From the IMG/VR virus record IMGVR_UViG_3300035494_000060, positions 1 through 64,000 of that record: DNA of 64,000 nucleotides; one strand, written 5' to 3'. The position numbers were made by a program, and so were the translations under genes. The notes under the pieces are model-generated. The model had not been told where the DNA came from. It saw nothing but the letters and a program-made list of their open reading frames with translations, and did not search any database. Source of the DNA: a virus. Below are positions 49,302-56,967 of the stretch, one piece after another. The first letter of the stretch is position 1. Every line of letters begins with the position of its first letter.

Positions 49302-50711
49302 TCAGATAGTGATTTTCTTCACCGGCGCCTGCTTGGATTTGTAGAACTTCATGCGCTGGTTGTGAAAGCCCGTCAGTACCGTGGAATCCCGATCTACTAG
49401 GTCTATGACTGTCGGGTCCTTCTTGCCCTCGTAGGGCCTCAGAATGCGCCCGACAACCTGCAACACGTCCGACTTCGGACTCACCAGCACCGCTGTATCG
49501 AACCAGGGGAGGTTCACGGCTTCGCTGGTCATCTGGTACGTGGTGCAGAGGACCGTCTTCTCTGCTGCCTCCTGGCGTGCCGCCTCCTTCATCCCGCCGG
49601 TGAGGTAGCCAACCTCCCCAGCCCCCAACACCTTGGCTATCTCGGCCCCCACGGCCTTCATGTAGTCCAGGGTGGTGAAGAACAGGATGATCCTGCGCCC
49701 GCGCTCGGCGGATATGCAGGTCAGCTTGACCGCGATCTGCGTCCGCCCGTGGCACTTGATCATGCCCTTCTCAAGCATGACGGTGCGCCCGTGCGGAGGT
49801 TCGACCTTGGTCAGTTTCTTCTCCTTGGTCAGCTTGTTGACCACCAGCCGGCGCGGCAGCTTGTACGGGGTGTCGACCGCCAGCACCTTGAATGGCAGCG
49901 GCATTGCCTCGGACTTCACCAGTGTCGGCCCGATGAACATCTTGAACAGCCGCTCGCGGCGATCCTTGCGCTCGGGGCGCGCTGACAGGCCGATCATGCT
50001 GCGGCAGCTGAGGTTCCACATGACCTGGGTGAAGTAGTCGGAGCCCAGGCGGTGCACCTCGTCGAAGATGGCCAGCCCGAACGCTTCATAGACCCAGGAC
50101 GGATACCGGCCCGGCTTGCATAGCGACTGGAGCATGGCGATCACGACTGGCCTACCCTGCACGTTGCACTTGTCGCCCTGTATCAGGCCGATGTCTGTGC
50201 GGTGCAGGCCGAGCACGACCTCCATGGCCTCGACCCATTGCCCGATGATCATTTCCTTGTTGACCACGATCAGGGTGGAACGTTTGCAATTAAGTGCAAT
50301 CGCGGACCCGACATAGGTCTTACCGAAGCCGGTCGGGGCCTCGATGATGTGGTTCCTGCCGGCCAGGAGCAGGGAGGTGCTCTCGTCAACCACGCGCTGC
50401 TGCTCGGCGTCCTTGGCCTTGAACGTGCCCCCGAACTGCACCGGGATGCCCCGACTACGGCGGTCGTCATCACAGGGCGGCACGGCAGCGGGCGGGACGT
50501 AGATCAACCCCTCCTCGCGCCGGTAGGCCTGGTAGAACTTGTCGTCGTCCTCCGCACCCGGGTCAGCGAACATGTTCTTGAAGGTGAGCGCCTTGGCCAG
50601 CGCCGGGCTGTACTTGTAGGCCGCGCCCAGGTCGATGAACAGGGGCGGCTCGTGGGTGATAAGGGAGGGGGCTTTCACCCCGCCCCCCTGCTTCGCGTGC
50701 TTAAAGATCAT
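49302..50711 (-). CDS. SF2 DEAD/DEAH-box helicase
   Basis: ORF 49302..50915, start reset to ATG 50711. Motif I APTGFGKT, motif II FDEVH, motif III GLSARP. Confidence 0.8.
   Translation of the reverse strand: MIFKHAKQGGGVKAPSLITHEPPLFIDLGAAYKYSPALAKALTFKNMFADPGAEDDDKFYQAYRREEGLIYVPPAAVPPCDDDRRSRGIPVQFGGTFKAKDAEQQRVVDESTSLLLAGRNHIIEAPTGFGKTYVGSAIALNCKRSTLIVVNKEMIIGQWVEAMEVVLGLHRTDIGLIQGDKCNVQGRPVVIAMLQSLCKPGRYPSWVYEAFGLAIFDEVHRLGSDYFTQVMWNLSCRSMIGLSARPERKDRRERLFKMFIGPTLVKSEAMPLPFKVLAVDTPYKLPRRLVVNKLTKEKKLTKVEPPHGRTVMLEKGMIKCHGRTQIAVKLTCISAERGRRIILFFTTLDYMKAVGAEIAKVLGAGEVGYLTGGMKEAARQEAAEKTVLCTTYQMTSEAVNLPWFDTAVLVSPKSDVLQVVGRILRPYEGKKDPTVIDLVDRDSTVLTGFHNQRMKFYKSKQAPVKKITI
50285..50298. repeat. 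14-bp palindrome copy
   Basis: TGCAATTAAGTGCA inside the helicase gene, read as I-A-L-N-C-K. Confidence 0.9.
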
Positions 50712-51477
50712 CGTCGCTGACGCCGCCGGCTGCCGGCTCGTCTTCGAAGGCGGCGTTGGACGGAGTACCCGGACCACCGAAGCCCTGCTCGCGCAGTTCC
50801 TTGGCCGACACGTAGGGCAGCTCCTCCTCGTAGTTCGCCGGGGTGAAGTCGGCGTCCTTGTAGTGAGCGGCCAGCTCCTCCAGCGTGTGCTTCTCGCTGA
50901 AGTCGAACAGCCCACCGACCGCCGCGTCCTTGTCGCTCTCGCGTGACACGTCGAAGGTGCAGCCCGCCAGACCGCCGCGCTTGGTAGCGATCTTCTGGAG
51001 CATCTTGTAGGTGTTGCGCTTGGCGATCAGCAGCTTCTTCACGTCCTTGTACACCTTGTTCTTCCCCTTGTACGGGGTGTGCACGATGACCGTGAACGCC
51101 GCCACCAGGGAAGGCTCGTCGCCACCCTCGCAGATCGGGCACGGCTCCTCGTCCGAGGTGCAAACGAAGTGGTTGTTCCAGCTGCCATTGATGTGCAGGC
51201 GGTGCTCGCGGTAGATCGGCGCCATGAGCACGCCATCGTCATCGAGGTCGCCGTCGACGAAGGTAATCTCGGACTCCTCGCCGGGTTTCAGGAAGAAACG
51301 GAACAGCTTGGAGGACTCGGCCTTCTTCTGTTCGGCTTTCTTCTCTTCCTCTTCGAAGGCGTGGGCGGCTTTCTTGCCCGCCATCATCCAACTGGGCTTT
51401 TTGCCCGCGCCGCCGGTGGCAGCTGCTTTGGTCTTGACGGCTTCTTCTGTGGTTTTGCTCTTTTTCGTAATTGCCAT
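50701..51477 (-). CDS. T4 gp32-like zinc-containing ssDNA-binding protein
   Basis: FRFFLKPG...EHRLHINGSWNNHFVCTSDEEPCPICEGG gives a His+3Cys pattern. Acidic tail DEPAAGGVSDDDL. N-terminus MAITKKSK. Confidence 0.65.
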   Translation of the reverse strand: MAITKKSKTTEEAVKTKAAATGGAGKKPSWMMAGKKAAHAFEEEEKKAEQKKAESSKLFRFFLKPGEESEITFVDGDLDDDGVLMAPIYREHRLHINGSWNNHFVCTSDEEPCPICEGGDEPSLVAAFTVIVHTPYKGKNKVYKDVKKLLIAKRNTYKMLQKIATKRGGLAGCTFDVSRESDKDAAVGGLFDFSEKHTLEELAAHYKDADFTPANYEEELPYVSAKELREQGFGGPGTPSNAAFEDEPAAGGVSDDDL

Positions 51478-51513
51478 GATATGGCTCCTGTGAGACCGGA
51501 ATGGTCGGCTGGC

Positions 51514-51542
51514 AGTGTATGACTTGACAATCTGTTTGTCAA
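51514..51542 (-). promoter_or_regulatory. conserved sigma70-like promoter P22
   Basis: TTGACA-N17-TACACT. Confidence 0.6.
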
Positions 51543-52508
51543 TCAGTCCAGCAAGTCGGACAGCACTCGCTGGATTTCCTCGATGGGGGTGTCACCCGCA
51601 TCCCCCTCTTCTTCGGTGGGCTCCACGTGGTCGATGTGCGCCGTGTGGCCCAGGTGCTTGTCGATCAGCTCCCTGGCCATGTCCCCGGCTTTCCCCGCAT
51701 CGAACCACGTGATGATGTGATGGGCTGACCGCAGCCGGCGCAGCTTCAGCGGCGGCATGTTCACGGAGTGGGCGGCAAGGACGTTGGTGTTGACGTGCAT
51801 GATCTTGGCGAGGTCGAAGCCACCCTCGGTGACGATCACCGGGTAGCCCAGGTCGACATTCTGCTCATTCAGCCAGATGTGGGGGTTGCTGTGCTTCTCG
51901 GGCCCGTGGGTGTAGCCCAGCCAGCGCAGCTCACTCTCGCCGGTGACGTCCCGCCCATGGAGACCGCACAGGGTCCCGGCCCAGTCCCGGATCGGAAAGC
52001 AGAGGCGCTTGCGCTTGGTGTCGAAGCGCAGGTCCAGGGCCTTGGCCACCTCCAGGCTGATGCCGCGCTGAGCCAGATAGGGGTGGTTGACACCGGGCAA
52101 GAACGTGGCCAGCCACTCCTCGGGGAACGGGTGCAGCTTGGTGATGCCGGTGCCGCTCGCGGCTTCCTCGTAGTCGGGGATGTCGTAGTCGCTCGACGCC
52201 AGCTCCTCGTCCGCCAGCAGCTCCATGGCCGCTTTGAAGTCCACCACCGCACAGTCCTCGGGGGAGTGCAGCTTGACCTCGCGCATGTCCATCACCAGGT
52301 CGTGAAGGTCCCCATGGGTGCCGCAGCTGAAGCAGTTAAAGTGCGACTGCCCCTCAGTGACACTAATTGCAAACGAGGGCTTGCGGTCGAAGCCCTTCTG
52401 GTGCTTCCAGGGGGCGTAGGGGCAGCGCCCGAGGACCCACCCCGGACGCTTACCGACTTGCTCCAGTCCCATCGCCTTGTAGAACTTGAGGACGTCGTTT
52501 TCGAGCAT
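51543..52508 (-). CDS. DNA primase (zinc finger plus TOPRIM)
   Basis: CPYAPWKHQ...HFNCFSCGTHGD zinc motif. TOPRIM motifs VIVTEGGFD and ITWFDAGKAG. Confidence 0.8.
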   Translation of the reverse strand: MLENDVLKFYKAMGLEQVGKRPGWVLGRCPYAPWKHQKGFDRKPSFAISVTEGQSHFNCFSCGTHGDLHDLVMDMREVKLHSPEDCAVVDFKAAMELLADEELASSDYDIPDYEEAASGTGITKLHPFPEEWLATFLPGVNHPYLAQRGISLEVAKALDLRFDTKRKRLCFPIRDWAGTLCGLHGRDVTGESELRWLGYTHGPEKHSNPHIWLNEQNVDLGYPVIVTEGGFDLAKIMHVNTNVLAAHSVNMPPLKLRRLRSAHHIITWFDAGKAGDMARELIDKHLGHTAHIDHVEPTEEEGDAGDTPIEEIQRVLSDLLD

Positions 52509-52512
52509 CGGG

Positions 52513-53001
52513 TCAGGCCTTCGGCACGTACTTCAGGGTGCGGCTTTCGGTGGTGACCTTCTCGATGTACTTGGAGGCCTCGTCCTCGCTCAGGGTCTTG
52601 TCGATGGCGGACAGGGAGACATCGCAGAGGTCGAAGAACAGGCCCTCCTGGATGCCCTCGATGGCGTGGTACAGGCCTTCCTTGTCCTTGATGACGCGGG
52701 ATTGGCGCCCGGCGCTGAACACGATGGCGTACTTGTCGCCCTCGATGGTCACCGGAACCGAGGTGTCGGCCAGGGCATCGGCGTTGGCCGCCTTGACCTC
52801 CTTGATCAGCTTGGCCTGCTGATCGGTCAGCCCCTTGAGTTGGGCCTTCAGCTCAGCGATCTGGAGGTCCAGGCCGGCGGCCGCGTCCACGGCTTCGGCT
52901 ACGGGGTCGTGGGTCAGTTGCTTCTTGAGGTCCTTGGCCGCGCTGCCCTTCTTGCTGGTGCTGGTGGCTTTGGTGGTCTTCTTCTGGATCGTGACGGTCA
53001 T
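52513..53001 (-). CDS. hypothetical coiled-coil protein with MTVTIQKK N-terminus
   Basis: ORF 52513..53016, start reset to ATG 53001 after CATGGAGGG. Lies downstream of P23. Confidence 0.6.
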   Translation of the reverse strand: MTVTIQKKTTKATSTSKKGSAAKDLKKQLTHDPVAEAVDAAAGLDLQIAELKAQLKGLTDQQAKLIKEVKAANADALADTSVPVTIEGDKYAIVFSAGRQSRVIKDKEGLYHAIEGIQEGLFFDLCDVSLSAIDKTLSEDEASKYIEKVTTESRTLKYVPKA

Positions 53002-53040
53002 GGTGCGCCCCTCCATGAGGGTTGAGTGGTGTGAGTGGAT

Positions 53041-53069
53041 AGTCTCACACCCCCACCTTTGTTCGTCAA
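53041..53069 (-). promoter_or_regulatory. conserved sigma70-like promoter P23
   Basis: TTGACG-N17-GAGACT. A terminator lies just upstream. Confidence 0.7.
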
Positions 53070-53081
53070 GTGGTTGGGCAT

Positions 53082-53108
53082 AAAAAAGCCCTCGGTGAGG
53101 AGGGCTTT
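53082..53108 (-). terminator. intrinsic terminator after dnaB
   Basis: Minus strand AGCCCTC-CTCACC-GAGGGCT followed by TTTTTTAT. Confidence 0.75.
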
Positions 53109-53176
53109 CTGGTCATGGGGGCCAACCCTGTCCAGGGCTCGTCCAAGCGGGGGAGCGTTGTGCCGAGCTGGAGCGA

Positions 53177-53205
53177 ACATTACCGAACGGCGGATGGCCC
53201 GTCAA
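53177..53205 (-). promoter_or_regulatory. candidate promoter of a short non-coding transcript
   Basis: TTGACG-N17-TAATGT, 10 bp after the dnaB stop and about 70-90 nt upstream of terminator 53082..53108. No ORF or RBS lies between them. Confidence 0.3.
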
Positions 53206-53214
53206 TACCCTAGA

Positions 53215-54474
53215 TCACAGGAATTGCAGCTCCTCGATCTTGTTCTCGTCGTACTCGTCGAAGTTCATGGTGAGGAAGTCCCAGTTCATCAGGAACTCCC
53301 CGACTTCGCCGTTCCGGCCCTTGAGGATCGAGCACTTGCGGCGGATGGCCGTCTCGATGCCCTCGTGCTCCAGCAGGCCCAGCACCACGGTGGACACCTG
53401 GCCGATGACGTCCGAATAGCCGATGTCCTCCAGGCCGGGGTCACCCTCGCCCTTCTTCTTCGACTTCTTCGCGGCTTCCCGGTTGAACTGCCAGGAGGTG
53501 GCGACCGGGATGTTCAGCAGACCGGCAAGGTCGGACTTGAAGGCCTCGGCGTTCTCGGCCACGCGGTCGTACTTGTTGATCTTGCTGTTCGGGTGGCGCA
53601 CCAGGTAGGCACCGTCGATCACGATGAACTGCGGCTCCAGCTGTTGAGCCAGCATCATGATGTCGTCCACCGTGGCGGTCAGGTTCCCGTCGACCACGTA
53701 CAGGCTCGACTCGGCAGCCTCCAGGGCCATCATGCTCTCGGTGAACTGCTTGAGGCCCTTGCTGGTAAGCTCGGCGTTCTTCAGGTTGGTCAGCGACTTG
53801 TGGGTGTGCATAGCGGCCAGACGTTGAAGGATCGGCAACGGCTTCATTTCCATCGACACGAACAGGCCGGTCTTGTTCTGGTAGAACGCTTGCAGGGCCA
53901 TCCTCAGCATCATGAAGGTCTTACCCAGTGCCGGGCGCCCGACTACGGATATGACATCGCCGCCGAGCATGCCCCCCATCATCTGGTCCAGGGAGCCCCA
54001 GCCGGTCAGGATGCCGTAGTCATCGCCCTGAGTCAGCTTCTCCTTGTAGGCCTGGAGCAGGGGCGCCGCCGATTCCTTGAAGTCCACGATGTTGAGACCG
54101 CTGGCGCTGGTGGTGATCCGCGACACCGTGCGCTTCAGCTCCTCGAACGCGGCCAGAGGGTCCAGGCCGGACTTGTTCATCAGGGGCTTGACCTCGGCAA
54201 TCGAGGCGGCCAGTTCCCGGTGAATCCAGCGCTTGCGCAACTCCTCGATGTAGTAGCCCGAGACCTCGGTGGCCTTGGGCAGGCTCTCCCCGTGCCAGCC
54301 CTCGACCATGGCGCGTGACGGCAGGCCCCCGAACTTCCTCAGGTGCTGGATAGCCCGCTCGTACAGCTCACGCTCTAGTGGATCAAAATGCTCGGGGTTC
54401 AGTGTGGTCCCCAACAGTCCCTTCACGCTTCCGCTATCAATAACGGATGCAATTAACTGCAATCCAATGCTCAC
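53215..54474 (-). CDS. dnaB: replicative DnaB-family helicase
   Basis: GTG start. Walker A VVGRPALGKT, Walker B FIVIDGAYL, plus a DnaB-like N-terminal domain. Confidence 0.9.
   Translation of the reverse strand: MSIGLQLIASVIDSGSVKGLLGTTLNPEHFDPLERELYERAIQHLRKFGGLPSRAMVEGWHGESLPKATEVSGYYIEELRKRWIHRELAASIAEVKPLMNKSGLDPLAAFEELKRTVSRITTSASGLNIVDFKESAAPLLQAYKEKLTQGDDYGILTGWGSLDQMMGGMLGGDVISVVGRPALGKTFMMLRMALQAFYQNKTGLFVSMEMKPLPILQRLAAMHTHKSLTNLKNAELTSKGLKQFTESMMALEAAESSLYVVDGNLTATVDDIMMLAQQLEPQFIVIDGAYLVRHPNSKINKYDRVAENAEAFKSDLAGLLNIPVATSWQFNREAAKKSKKKGEGDPGLEDIGYSDVIGQVSTVVLGLLEHEGIETAIRRKCSILKGRNGEVGEFLMNWDFLTMNFDEYDENKIEELQFL
54448..54461. repeat. 14-bp palindrome copy
   Basis: TGCAATTAACTGCA in dnaB codons 5-9, read as L-Q-L-I-A. 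Confidence 0.9.
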
Positions 54475-54490
54475 TCGTTGTTCCCCGCCT

Positions 54491-55105
54491 TCAAAGTGCG
54501 TTCATGTAGTGTTCAGCGATCAGTTGGCAGACGTCATCGCCGTAGTCTTCACGGATTTGCTCGATCCCTTCGATACCGATGATGGTCTGCTTCTGCTCGC
54601 CATAGCGCTGGTACATCCAGTCGAGCAACAGCCCCACGAATCGCGGGTGGAGTTGGCCCCCCTTCTCCGGCGACACGTGAAAGTTCGGGATCAGCACCAC
54701 GGTGCCCTCGATGGCCAGCCCGCCCTTGAGCTGGTCGATCACCGACTGCAACGTCATGACGCGGGCGTCGATGAAGTTTCGGATCAGGGCACCGGCAATG
54801 GTCAGCATGCGCTCGTAGGTGTGGTGCTGGCCATGCAGGGCGAGCCCGGCGATGTCTTTGTCCACGAGGGTCTTGAACGTGCGGACCCAGTTCACCTCGG
54901 CCTGGGAGCACGTGCCCTTCATGCTGTGCTTGTACACGTACTGCGGTGGGATGTTGGCCGTCCTGGCGATACCAGGGAGGTCGGCCACTAACCGCCAGTG
55001 CACTTCGGGTTGGAGGATGCCCGGCTCGTAGAACTTCGCGGCAGCTTCCGTCTGCTTCACGATGTCTCCGGCCAGATCGGCGGACAAGGCGTTGACTTGG
55101 TACAT
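54491..55105 (-). CDS. hypothetical protein (helicase-loader position)
   Basis: ORF 54491..55117, start reset to ATG 55105 after GGAGAA. Lies between the initiator-like gene and dnaB. The loader role is inferred from position only. Confidence 0.5.
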   Translation of the reverse strand: MYQVNALSADLAGDIVKQTEAAAKFYEPGILQPEVHWRLVADLPGIARTANIPPQYVYKHSMKGTCSQAEVNWVRTFKTLVDKDIAGLALHGQHHTYERMLTIAGALIRNFIDARVMTLQSVIDQLKGGLAIEGTVVLIPNFHVSPEKGGQLHPRFVGLLLDWMYQRYGEQKQTIIGIEGIEQIREDYGDDVCQLIAEHYMNAL

Positions 55106-55118
55106 GTTGTTCTCCACG

Positions 55119-56255
55119 TCAGGGCTTGCCTGACAAGTTGTTCAGGAGCGCTTCCAGCTCCTCGACGGTGGCGATCCCCCCGGACGCCTGTGTGGCCGCT
55201 GTGGCCGCTTTCTCGGGTGCAGGAAGGCCCTGGGATGGCTTGGCCGCGTCGAACGTCTTCAGGGGCACGCTCGGGGCCTTCTCCAGGGACTTCTGGTACA
55301 GGTTGGTCAGGGCCTCGATGTTCTTCAGCACGAACCCCACACTCGGGACTGAAGGCACCGGGAACACACCGAAGGTGGATTCCAGCTTGGCCTTGACCGC
55401 TGACCAGTGCTCCAGCGCATAGGTCAGAACCGGCTCAGCCAGGCCCGCCGGGGTCCGCTTGATCACGTGCCGGAGCTGTCCAAGCTGGGCGGTGGTGAGC
55501 GGGGCCACGAATGACACGGCTGTGAAGTTGGCGAGCAGAAGTTCCCGCCACTTGTCGGCTAAGGCTGTGACACCTTTCGGCGCCGAAGGTTTCTTGTGCC
55601 CAGTCGACCCAGTGGCCTTGAACGCGGCCAGCTTCTCTTCAACGGTCGGCATAGTGAGGTTCCCCGTGCAATTAAGTTCAATCTGCTGGACGGCGGAAGT
55701 CAGGACGACTGCCCCCAGTTCGGCCAGGGCATCTTCCTTTCGACGGCCCCTAGTCTTCCTCCGCTCCCCGAAGGAGTTCTCCGAATCCACCCCTGAAATC
55801 TCGCTGATGGAATCAGCTCGTATAGCTCTGTCAGGATCAATAACCGGATCAAAAGCAGGATTGGGTGAAATGGGTTGCACCCCCCCACTGCAATGGGTTG
55901 CATCCCCCCCATGCAATGGGTTGCAGGGGTCCCCCTCCAAACCCAGGTCCTTTTCGACCTCGCGGTTGAGCAGGAAAGTATTGATCTGACCCTGAGCGGC
56001 GACCCGGCGAACAAGGCCTTTGTCCTCCAGGGCGGACAGGTGGTAACGGATCATGCGCGGGGTGAGGCCGACCATCTTGGCCAGCTTCCCGATGGAAACG
56101 CGGGAGGAGTCTGCTTGCTTGTAGGCATAGTTGGCGATGGCGACAAGCACCAGTTTTTGGACTGGCGGCAAGGCAGCCGTCTCCAAAGCCCAGGATATGG
56201 CTTGGATACTCAAACGGGTGGCCCCCGGAATGTGGTTGGACAGAAAAAGCCCCAC
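55119..56255 (-). CDS. replication-initiator-like winged-helix protein
   Basis: N-terminal LSIQAISWALETAALPPVQKLVLVAIANYA...VSIGKLAKMVGLTPRMIRYHLSALEDKGLV (HTH_36/DnaD-like pattern). Iterons lie inside the gene. Confidence 0.6.
   Translation of the reverse strand: MGLFLSNHIPGATRLSIQAISWALETAALPPVQKLVLVAIANYAYKQADSSRVSIGKLAKMVGLTPRMIRYHLSALEDKGLVRRVAAQGQINTFLLNREVEKDLGLEGDPCNPLHGGDATHCSGGVQPISPNPAFDPVIDPDRAIRADSISEISGVDSENSFGERRKTRGRRKEDALAELGAVVLTSAVQQIELNCTGNLTMPTVEEKLAAFKATGSTGHKKPSAPKGVTALADKWRELLLANFTAVSFVAPLTTAQLGQLRHVIKRTPAGLAEPVLTYALEHWSAVKAKLESTFGVFPVPSVPSVGFVLKNIEALTNLYQKSLEKAPSVPLKTFDAAKPSQGLPAPEKAATAATQASGGIATVEELEALLNNLSGKP
55667..55680. repeat. 14-bp palindrome, one-mismatch copy
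   Basis: TGCAATTAAGTTCA inside the initiator-like gene. Confidence 0.55.
55889..55902. repeat. 14-bp palindrome copy (iteron 2)
   Basis: TGCAATGGGTTGCA. Confidence 0.85.
55912..55925. repeat. 14-bp palindrome copy (iteron 3)
   Basis: TGCAATGGGTTGCA. Confidence 0.85.
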
Positions 56256-56313
56256 CTGGTTGAGGGGTGGGGCGCTTAGACAATCACACTACCGATCAGT
56301 TCGTCAAGCCGGA

Positions 56314-56895
56314 TCAGTACACGTCCTGATCGTCCTCGTCGTCGTCTTCGTCGTCATCCTTCACCGTGTACTCCCCGGTGGCCTTCTCGGGGAATTTCAG
56401 CTCGACCACGTTGCTCCCCTCAGGGATGGCGGCCGGCTCCAGGATGTTCACCGTGTCGAGCATGGCGTCCACGATGTACTCGACCGGGAGCATGTCCTCG
56501 ACGGTGACGGCGAGCGGGGCCTGAATTTTCGAACGGAGCAGCTCGCGCACCTCCAGCATGCCGGTGATCAGCTTGTCGCGCAGCGCATCCTTGGCGGATG
56601 CCAGGATGCTGCTCGGGCACTTCAACGCACCCATTTCGAAGCTGAAGCGCTCGGCGTCCATTTTGGTCCAGGGCAGGTCGGTCATGAACAGGCCGGACTC
56701 CGGGGTGGGCATGGGCATGCCATTCTCGGTGACCGCGCGGATGCGCAGACCCATCACACGGTCTTGACCGGCATAGCCAAACAGCGGCTTGGCCAGGATC
56801 AAGATAGAGCCCGCCTTGAGCAAGCACACATAGTCCGGGCTGCCTTCGGTGCCGGTGTACATTGTTGCCTTAGGGGTTTCGTTGACTTCTTGCAT
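56314..56895 (-). CDS. hypothetical protein with poly-acidic C-terminus
   Basis: ORF 56314..56907, start reset to ATG 56895 after CATGGAGGG. Tail KDDDEDDDEDDQDVY. Lies downstream of P24. Confidence 0.6.
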   Translation of the reverse strand: MQEVNETPKATMYTGTEGSPDYVCLLKAGSILILAKPLFGYAGQDRVMGLRIRAVTENGMPMPTPESGLFMTDLPWTKMDAERFSFEMGALKCPSSILASAKDALRDKLITGMLEVRELLRSKIQAPLAVTVEDMLPVEYIVDAMLDTVNILEPAAIPEGSNVVELKFPEKATGEYTVKDDDEDDDEDDQDVY

Positions 56896-56938
56896 GTTGC
56901 CCTCCATGTGGGCCGGTTGGTGTTGGTTCTGAGGTTCC

Positions 56939-56967
56939 AGTCTGAGCTAGAGGTTCATGTTCGTCAA
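56939..56967 (-). promoter_or_regulatory. conserved sigma70-like promoter P24
   Basis: TTGACG-N17-CAGACT. Confidence 0.65.

Larger units (their letters stand above)
55866..55937 (-). repeat. three tandem 23-bp direct repeats (iteron-like); candidate replication origin
   Basis: AATGGGTTGCA(C/T)CCCCCC... begins at 55869, 55892 and 55915. Each unit spans a palindrome-family site (TGAAATGGGTTGCA, TGCAATGGGTTGCA x2). A less GC-rich stretch at 55800..55865 is adjacent. Confidence 0.6.
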
